Source: Terriglobia bacterium (lineage in GTDB: Bacteria; Acidobacteriota; Terriglobia; Acidiferrales; UBA7541). From it: DNA of 64,000 nucleotides. Positions within the stretch are counted from its first letter, which is position 1; each line of letters begins with the position of its first letter. The notes under the pieces were generated by a model that was not told where the DNA came from, made no database searches, and worked only from the letters and a program-made list of their open reading frames with translations. Both the position numbers and the translations under genes were made by a program. This document shows positions 58,566 to 64,000 of the stretch, in pieces. The stretch is from NCBI GenBank assembly GCA_020073485.1, contig JAIQFB010000011.1:50046-114045 (forward strand), given 5' to 3'.

Positions 58566-58660
58566 ATCGAATTGCTATTGTTGACGACCCTGCCCGCAGA
58601 ATCAAAACAATTCTAAATAGAAGGAACCACGAAACCTCCGATTCGCCCTTCTTCTTGTCG

Positions 58661-58738
58661 TCATTCCGAGCGAAGCGAGGAATCCCTCTTCGATTGAAAT
58701 TGCGAAACAGAGGGATTCCCCGCTCCGCTCGGAATGAC
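58661..58738. repeat. REP family D inverted repeat
   Basis: TCATTCCGAGCGAAGCGAGGAATCCCTCT, then 21 nt, then AGAGGGATTCCCCGCTCCGCTCGGAATGA. Confidence 0.85.
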
Positions 58739-58925
58739 TGCGTGCAGGGTGCTGGCAAAACAGACTTGGAGCAAGACGCTGGACGATTCGGGGGACTGCA
58801 ACGAAAAATAGCTGCATGCCCGGCAGCCCAGCGTTTGCAGCAGGACCGACATAAGTAACTTATTTACAGCAATATACATGGCTTTTCAGAAATCCACTGC
58901 CAGCCCCCGGCGAATGCGTCTTTGC

Positions 58926-58954
58926 TTGACATGCCCAAGCATTTTACCTATATT
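58926..58954 (+). promoter_or_regulatory. sigma70-type promoter of groESL
   Basis: TTGACA (58926-58931), a 17-nt spacer, then TATATT (58949-58954). Confidence 0.75.
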
Positions 58955-58979
58955 AGCACTCGACCGAGAGGAGTGCTAA
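58953..58979 (+). promoter_or_regulatory. CIRCE operator (HrcA binding site)
   Basis: A perfect match to the consensus: TTAGCACTC-N9-GAGTGCTAA. It overlaps the -10 element and the expected transcription start. Confidence 0.92.
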
Positions 58980-59101
58980 CGATCTACTCAGCGCCCTACG
59001 GCCAAGATTCCTGGATTACATTAAGAAAGGCGTAGGCTTTGCTTGCTCGAACTTACTGGGCAACGGGAGCCTGCCCTAAACTCGAACGGAGGCACGAAAC
59101 G

Positions 59102-59422
59102 ATGTCAGTTAATGTTACTCCGCTGCATGATCGCGTTCTGATCAAGCGGATTGAAGAGAAAGAATCCATCAAGGGCGGCATCATCATCCCCGACACGGCC
59201 AAGGAAAAGCCGCAAGAGGGCGAAGTGATCGCCGCAGGCGCGGGCAAAATCGAGAAGGGCGAGCGCATTCCTCTCGACGTAAAAGTCGGCGACCGCGTGC
59301 TGTTCGGCAAGTACAGCGGCACCGAAATCAAGGTCGAAGACGAGGACTATCTGATCCTCCGCGAAGACGAAATCCTGGCAAAACTTTCCGGCGCAGCCAA
59401 GGCTGCCGGCGGCAAGAAGTAA
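59102..59422 (+). CDS. groES: co-chaperonin GroES
   Basis: ORF trimmed to the ATG at 59102 ([16 protein letters not shown]), with GGAGG upstream. Confidence 0.96.
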   Translation: MSVNVTPLHDRVLIKRIEEKESIKGGIIIPDTAKEKPQEGEVIAAGAGKIEKGERIPLDVKVGDRVLFGKYSGTEIKVEDEDYLILREDEILAKLSGAAKAAGGKK

Positions 59423-59499
59423 CTTTTCCCCTGATCCGCCGTTCCGGAAAACCTTCGTGGTGAACCAGAGGCGGGCCGAGGGCCGCAATCTTTAGGAAA

Positions 59500-59529
59500 A
59501 TCTCAAATTTGAAATTTCAAATTTGAGAT
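59500..59529. repeat. REP family C: perfect 30-bp AT-rich palindrome in the groES-groEL spacer, followed by three GAAATC repeats
   Basis: In ATCTCAAATTTGAAATTTCAAATTTGAGAT the first 15 nt are the exact reverse complement of the last 15. GAAATC is repeated three times at 59530-59547. Confidence 0.9.
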
Positions 59530-59531
59530 GA

Positions 59532-61217
<1,686 letters not shown>

Positions 61218-61243
61218 GACGATGAAACAACGCGTGGTTCAAC

Positions 61244-61282
61244 AGGGGCGTCCCGGTTCGATCGGGACGCCCCTTTCTTGTT
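61244..61282 (+). terminator. intrinsic terminator of groESL
   Basis: A perfect 12-bp stem, AGGGGCGTCCCG-GTTCGAT-CGGGACGCCCCT, followed by TTCTTGTT. Confidence 0.85.
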
Positions 61283-61308
61283 GAGCATCAGTCCTTAGTT
61301 TACAGCGC

Positions 61309-61680
61309 ATGGATGCTGCTCGATCACCACGAACCGCGCATACTAGTTCCATTCTCAAGCGGAATCACTTAGAATCCGCCGGAATGCCCAAGAAACGGAA
61401 AGCTCCGCCCCCGAGTGCGCCACCTCCGGAACAACCTAGCCTGGATGGAATTGTTTTCAGCGACGGCTGGCTTTTCGTAAAGATCTTCTTTATAACTGCG
61501 GTCGTTCATTCTCTATTTAAGGGAATAGTCGTACCCTTTGTCGGCCCAGAGGTTTGGACCAGTCGATTTGTAGAAGCTCTCTTGAATATTAGCTATGTTT
61601 TACAAGTGTTCGCTGTGCTCCTAAATATGCTCATTTCTTTCTATTTTCATTTTAGAAATAGGATTAGGAGAGGGGCGTGA
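61309..61680 (+). CDS. small two-TM membrane protein, unknown family (holin-like topology)
   Basis: 123 aa from the ATG at 61309, or 98 aa from the ATG at 61384 (MPKKRKAPPPSAPPPEQP). Two hydrophobic helices (WLFVKIFFITAVVHSLF, VLQVFAVLLNMLISFYF) and a basic C-terminus RNRIRRGA. Its stop overlaps the next gene's start (GTGA). Confidence 0.55.
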   Translation: MDAARSPRTAHTSSILKRNHLESAGMPKKRKAPPPSAPPPEQPSLDGIVFSDGWLFVKIFFITAVVHSLFKGIVVPFVGPEVWTSRFVEALLNISYVLQVFAVLLNMLISFYFHFRNRIRRGA

Positions 61681-62783
61681 ACACCATCATTGAGTCATTC
61701 TTCTTGGACCGCACCTACAGACGCGCGACCTATGCGCTTAGTGGCATTGTATCAACGCTATATTCTGCCCTGAATCTTTTGAATTTAGATCTGGGGAAAA
61801 TGCAAGTCGCAGTTGAAGCAGGAGGGCTTTATTGTCTACTCATTGCGGTCGGCATTCTATTGCGCCCATTTATTCGCAAGACCCAACCAAAGGTACCAAA
61901 GATCATTCTGAAGCCAGTCCGGTCCCGATCAGTCTTTATCTCACTTGCAATAGGCCTGTGTCTATTTGGAATTTCAGAGACGAACATCATAGTTAGGCTA
62001 CAAACTGCTTTAATCGATGCGCGGATTGCGAGATTCGACCAATCGGGCATGAGTGTCTATTTCTTTCGAACCCCGGAGCGCGTAGATACCCAGCTGCGGT
62101 CTCGCTTCCACACGCTGGAATCAATCGTGGACATTTCTTACCGCTACCAAATTCCCGTGGACCAAGGCAACTTAACCAAAGCAAAAGAAAAGGTACGCAC
62201 CGCGCTTAATCAACCACGGCTCTCCGAAACGACAAAACAGGCCGGCTGGATTGCAGCTAGCAGACTTTCCGAGTTGTCTGCAGTACAAGCGACTCGAAGC
62301 AACACCAGTCCCGTACAAGCTACCGGTTACATTATCAACTCTAACTTGGATCTCTCAGATAAAAAGGTCCGTTTTCTGGGCAACCATTCCGCACTGATTT
62401 TCGGGGGGGGGGACATTGTCGTCGAAAATAGCACAGTAGTGTTCGACGGCATTGATTTTCGAGCACAACAACCATTCCGCGCGGCTTTCTATGTAGTCGG
62501 CTCAAGTTCTTCGATCGTGGTCCGTAACGCCACCGTCGAAAATCTTGATCAGACGCTTGATGGGATCACATGGATAAATGTCGAATTCCAGCACTCAATG
62601 ATCAGAGTTAATAGCGGTCCCTTTGCACTCGTAAATGCCACCTTTAAGGACTGCGACTTCAGATGGCTACCGCTAGGGGGCCAAGCAGGTATGGAATTAC
62701 TAGACAGAATAAACAAAGCCAATGGGCAACCCGTCACCTTCGCGTATGAAGGCGTCCCGGTGCCCACCACGTCTAAACCTTAG
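61677..62783 (+). CDS. membrane-anchored protein with beta-helix-like C-terminal repeats, unknown family
   Basis: 368 aa. The GTG start is preceded by AGGAGAGGGG. Hydrophobic segments GGLYCLLIAVGILLRPFI and VFISLAIGLCLFGI. The C-terminus has periodic V-x-N-[SA]-T strands (IVVENSTVVFDG, IVVRNATVENLD, ALVNATFKDCDF). Confidence 0.6.
   Translation: MNTIIESFFLDRTYRRATYALSGIVSTLYSALNLLNLDLGKMQVAVEAGGLYCLLIAVGILLRPFIRKTQPKVPKIILKPVRSRSVFISLAIGLCLFGISETNIIVRLQTALIDARIARFDQSGMSVYFFRTPERVDTQLRSRFHTLESIVDISYRYQIPVDQGNLTKAKEKVRTALNQPRLSETTKQAGWIAASRLSELSAVQATRSNTSPVQATGYIINSNLDLSDKKVRFLGNHSALIFGGGDIVVENSTVVFDGIDFRAQQPFRAAFYVVGSSSSIVVRNATVENLDQTLDGITWINVEFQHSMIRVNSGPFALVNATFKDCDFRWLPLGGQAGMELLDRINKANGQPVTFAYEGVPVPTTSKP
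62403..62412 (+). repeat. G10 homopolymer tract inside the 368-aa ORF
   Basis: Ten consecutive G read directly from the sequence, in frame as GGG GGG GGG G.. (FGGGD). Confidence 0.95.
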
Positions 62784-62845
62784 TAAATCAGATCACTCTC
62801 TAAGGGACGGGTGGCCCAGCCTTTGACTCGGAATTTTCGGGTGGC

Positions 62846-62883
62846 CCGTCCTTCGTTGTGTGAAGGGCGGGGGTTTTATTTGC
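62846..62883 (+). terminator. candidate intrinsic terminator of the low-GC cassette, inside a REP-like GGGTGGCCC repeat region (family F, 62805-62875)
   Basis: CCCGTCCTTC-GTTGTGT-GAAGGGCGGG (one G-U pair) followed by GGTTTTATTTG. GGGTGGCCC occurs twice, at 62810-62818 and 62840-62848. Confidence 0.5.
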
Positions 62884-62956
62884 GTCGGGCGCAGGGATTC
62901 GGGCTTGCTATTGGCGCAGCTAATCTGCCATCGTTAATCCGACGGGAGGCAATCCA

Positions 62957-63166
62957 ATGGCTGAGAAAAGCAAACTGAAAGATGCGGCGGTGAAGATCGG
63001 CGCCGCAGCAGGGACGATTGACAGCAGAGCTCACAAGGCAATTCACAAAGCCGCGGAAGCCGCGCACGTAGCGAACCAGGAACTCATGGAAATAACGAAG
63101 CAGGTGGAGGCTCTCAAGAAGCAGTTGGCAAAAAGTTCCAAACGGCTGCAGGACGCGCTGAAGTAG
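62957..63166 (+). CDS. small all-helical (coiled-coil-like) protein, unknown function
   Basis: 69 aa, with GGGAGG 7 nt upstream of the ATG. Lys/Ala-rich heptad-like sequence ...ELMEITKQVEALKKQLAKSSKRLQDALK. Confidence 0.55.
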   Translation: MAEKSKLKDAAVKIGAAAGTIDSRAHKAIHKAAEAAHVANQELMEITKQVEALKKQLAKSSKRLQDALK

Positions 63167-63167
63167 C

Positions 63168-63286
63168 GTAGGACAGGCACTCTTGCCTGTCCCTGTGGAA
63201 ACGAAGCTGGCTTGCGGGAACAGAGAAATTATTGCATCGGCATTTGCCGCTGCGTCTTGAGGAACAGGCAAGAGTGCCTGTCCTAC
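63168..63286. repeat. REP family B, bipartite element with a long spacer
   Basis: GTAGGACAGGCACTCTTGCCTGTCC, then about 68 nt, then GGAACAGGCAAGAGTGCCTGTCCTAC. Confidence 0.85.
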
Positions 63287-63356
63287 TCGAACCGGTCTTT
63301 CTGCCGCATCGCTGATATGTTCGGCAATATCCCGAGGCAAAAAACACTAACAAGGC

Positions 63357-63391
63357 AAAAAGGCGCCCCGACCGACACGGGGCGCCTTTTT
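63357..63391. terminator. bidirectional intrinsic terminator
   Basis: AAAAA-GGCGCCCCG-ACCGACA-CGGGGCGCC-TTTTT lies between the convergent small ORF and the GlcG-like gene. Confidence 0.75.
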
Positions 63392-63461
63392 GATTAATTT
63401 ACTTCGTCCGCCGCGGCGGACGGGGGTACTTCAGTTCGTCGCAAAAAATCTCCAGCCTTCG

Positions 63462-63962
63462 TTATTGCTGCGGCGGCCGCCCTCCACCTTGTCCTGGCCC
63501 CGGCCCGCCTTCACGCGCCGGTGGCGGAGGCAGCGGAGGCTGCGGTCCCAGCACCTTGGTCAAGGCATTGTAGGCGCACGCTTCATCGGCATTTCCGCCG
63601 CCGACTCCAACCGCGCCGATCATTTGATTGTCCACAATAATCGGCAGGCCGCCGGGGACGAAGTAATAGGAGAGGCCTTCCGATTTGCCGAGGTCCAGGC
63701 GAATCAGGCGGCCATCGACGGTGTTGAACCGCGACGCGACCGTGCCCGACGAGGCCCGCGCGTACAGCGCGGTCTTGGCCTTCATCAATCCGGTCTCCGC
63801 GCCGATGGGCAGCACGCCGTCCATCTGGTGCGAGTCGACGATCTGGCCGGTGGGCGAGAGCACAAAAATCGCGATGGTTACGTTTCCGGGCTGCGCCTTC
63901 TGCCACTCGACGCAGGCATCGACGATGGCGCGCGCGGTGTCGGCGTTGATCACGGCCTTCAT
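63462..63962 (-). CDS. GlcG/HbpS-like (DUF336) heme-binding family protein with a Pro/Gly-rich C-terminal tail
   Basis: GGLPIIVDNQMIGAVGVGGG is the family hallmark. Start taken at the ATG at 63962 (MKAVINADTARAIVDA). The ORF stays open to the window edge, so the true start could lie beyond 64000. Confidence 0.75.
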   Translation of the reverse strand: MKAVINADTARAIVDACVEWQKAQPGNVTIAIFVLSPTGQIVDSHQMDGVLPIGAETGLMKAKTALYARASSGTVASRFNTVDGRLIRLDLGKSEGLSYYFVPGGLPIIVDNQMIGAVGVGGGNADEACAYNALTKVLGPQPPLPPPPAREGGPGPGQGGGRPPQQ

Positions 63963-64000
63963 CAACGTGCGCTTGGCGACGTCATCCGACACCGTCACCT

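Larger units (their letters stand above)
61290..62886 (+). other. low-GC insertion carrying two overlapping membrane-protein genes (putative horizontally acquired cassette)
   Basis: Hand-counted G+C is 26, 29 and 23 of 60 nt in blocks 61441-61620, versus 37/60 in groEL block 60901-60960. It is bounded by the groEL terminator and its own hairpin plus T-run. Confidence 0.6.

Noticed and set aside
61293-62785. The 7-bp CCTTAGT at both edges of the low-GC cassette as a target-site duplication proving transposition.
   Set aside because: I estimate a 7-mer match between two short boundary windows has a chance probability of a few percent. There are no terminal inverted repeats and no transposase. 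I kept it only as weak supporting evidence in the finding.

Overview
High-GC (about 60-65% by eye) bacterial chromosomal window made up mostly of housekeeping genes. Gene content and the many palindromic intergenic repeats suggest an Acidobacteriota-like soil bacterium; that is a low-confidence inference. The centre is a complete 15-gene dcw (division/cell wall) cluster on the minus strand, 28336 down to 10512: mraZ-rsmH-ftsL-ftsI-murE-murF-mraY-murD-ftsW-murG-murC-murB-ftsQ-ftsA-ftsZ. It has a consensus-like promoter and a phased GTGG operator upstream. Other recognisable genes: DUF1080-type secreted proteins, GHMP kinase, nagZ, tdk, rpiB, glyA, a GT4 glycosyltransferase, a JAMM/MPN protein, an orphan P-II protein, an ECF sigma/anti-sigma/DUF3106 module, a ZIP transporter, ychF, alkA-like, a CADD/PqqC-like di-iron protein, MoxR-DUF58-(mutY)-transglutaminase, rimO, yacG, pgpA, cinA, thpR, plsY-gpsA, an HD-GYP sensor, ftsY-ribD-ribE, a NodB deacetylase, a PAP2 phosphatase, an APC permease, an orphan MlaF-like ATPase, and CIRCE-controlled groES-groEL. 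There are two tRNAs: Gly-GCC and Val-CAC. I found no rRNA, CRISPR array, transposase, integrase or known defence genes. The best candidate for something undescribed is a ~1.5-kb low-GC two-gene membrane-protein cassette directly downstream of groEL (61.3-62.9 kb), which also contains an in-frame G10 tract. Other points of interest: at least six unrelated REP-like palindromic repeat families, one of which supplies stop codons and brackets rimO; three tandem 33-bp hairpin units next to tRNA-Val; a Gln/His-rich triple-repeat protein upstream of the JAMM gene; and a divergent orphan P-II. All functional calls come from motif recognition by eye. No database search was run.
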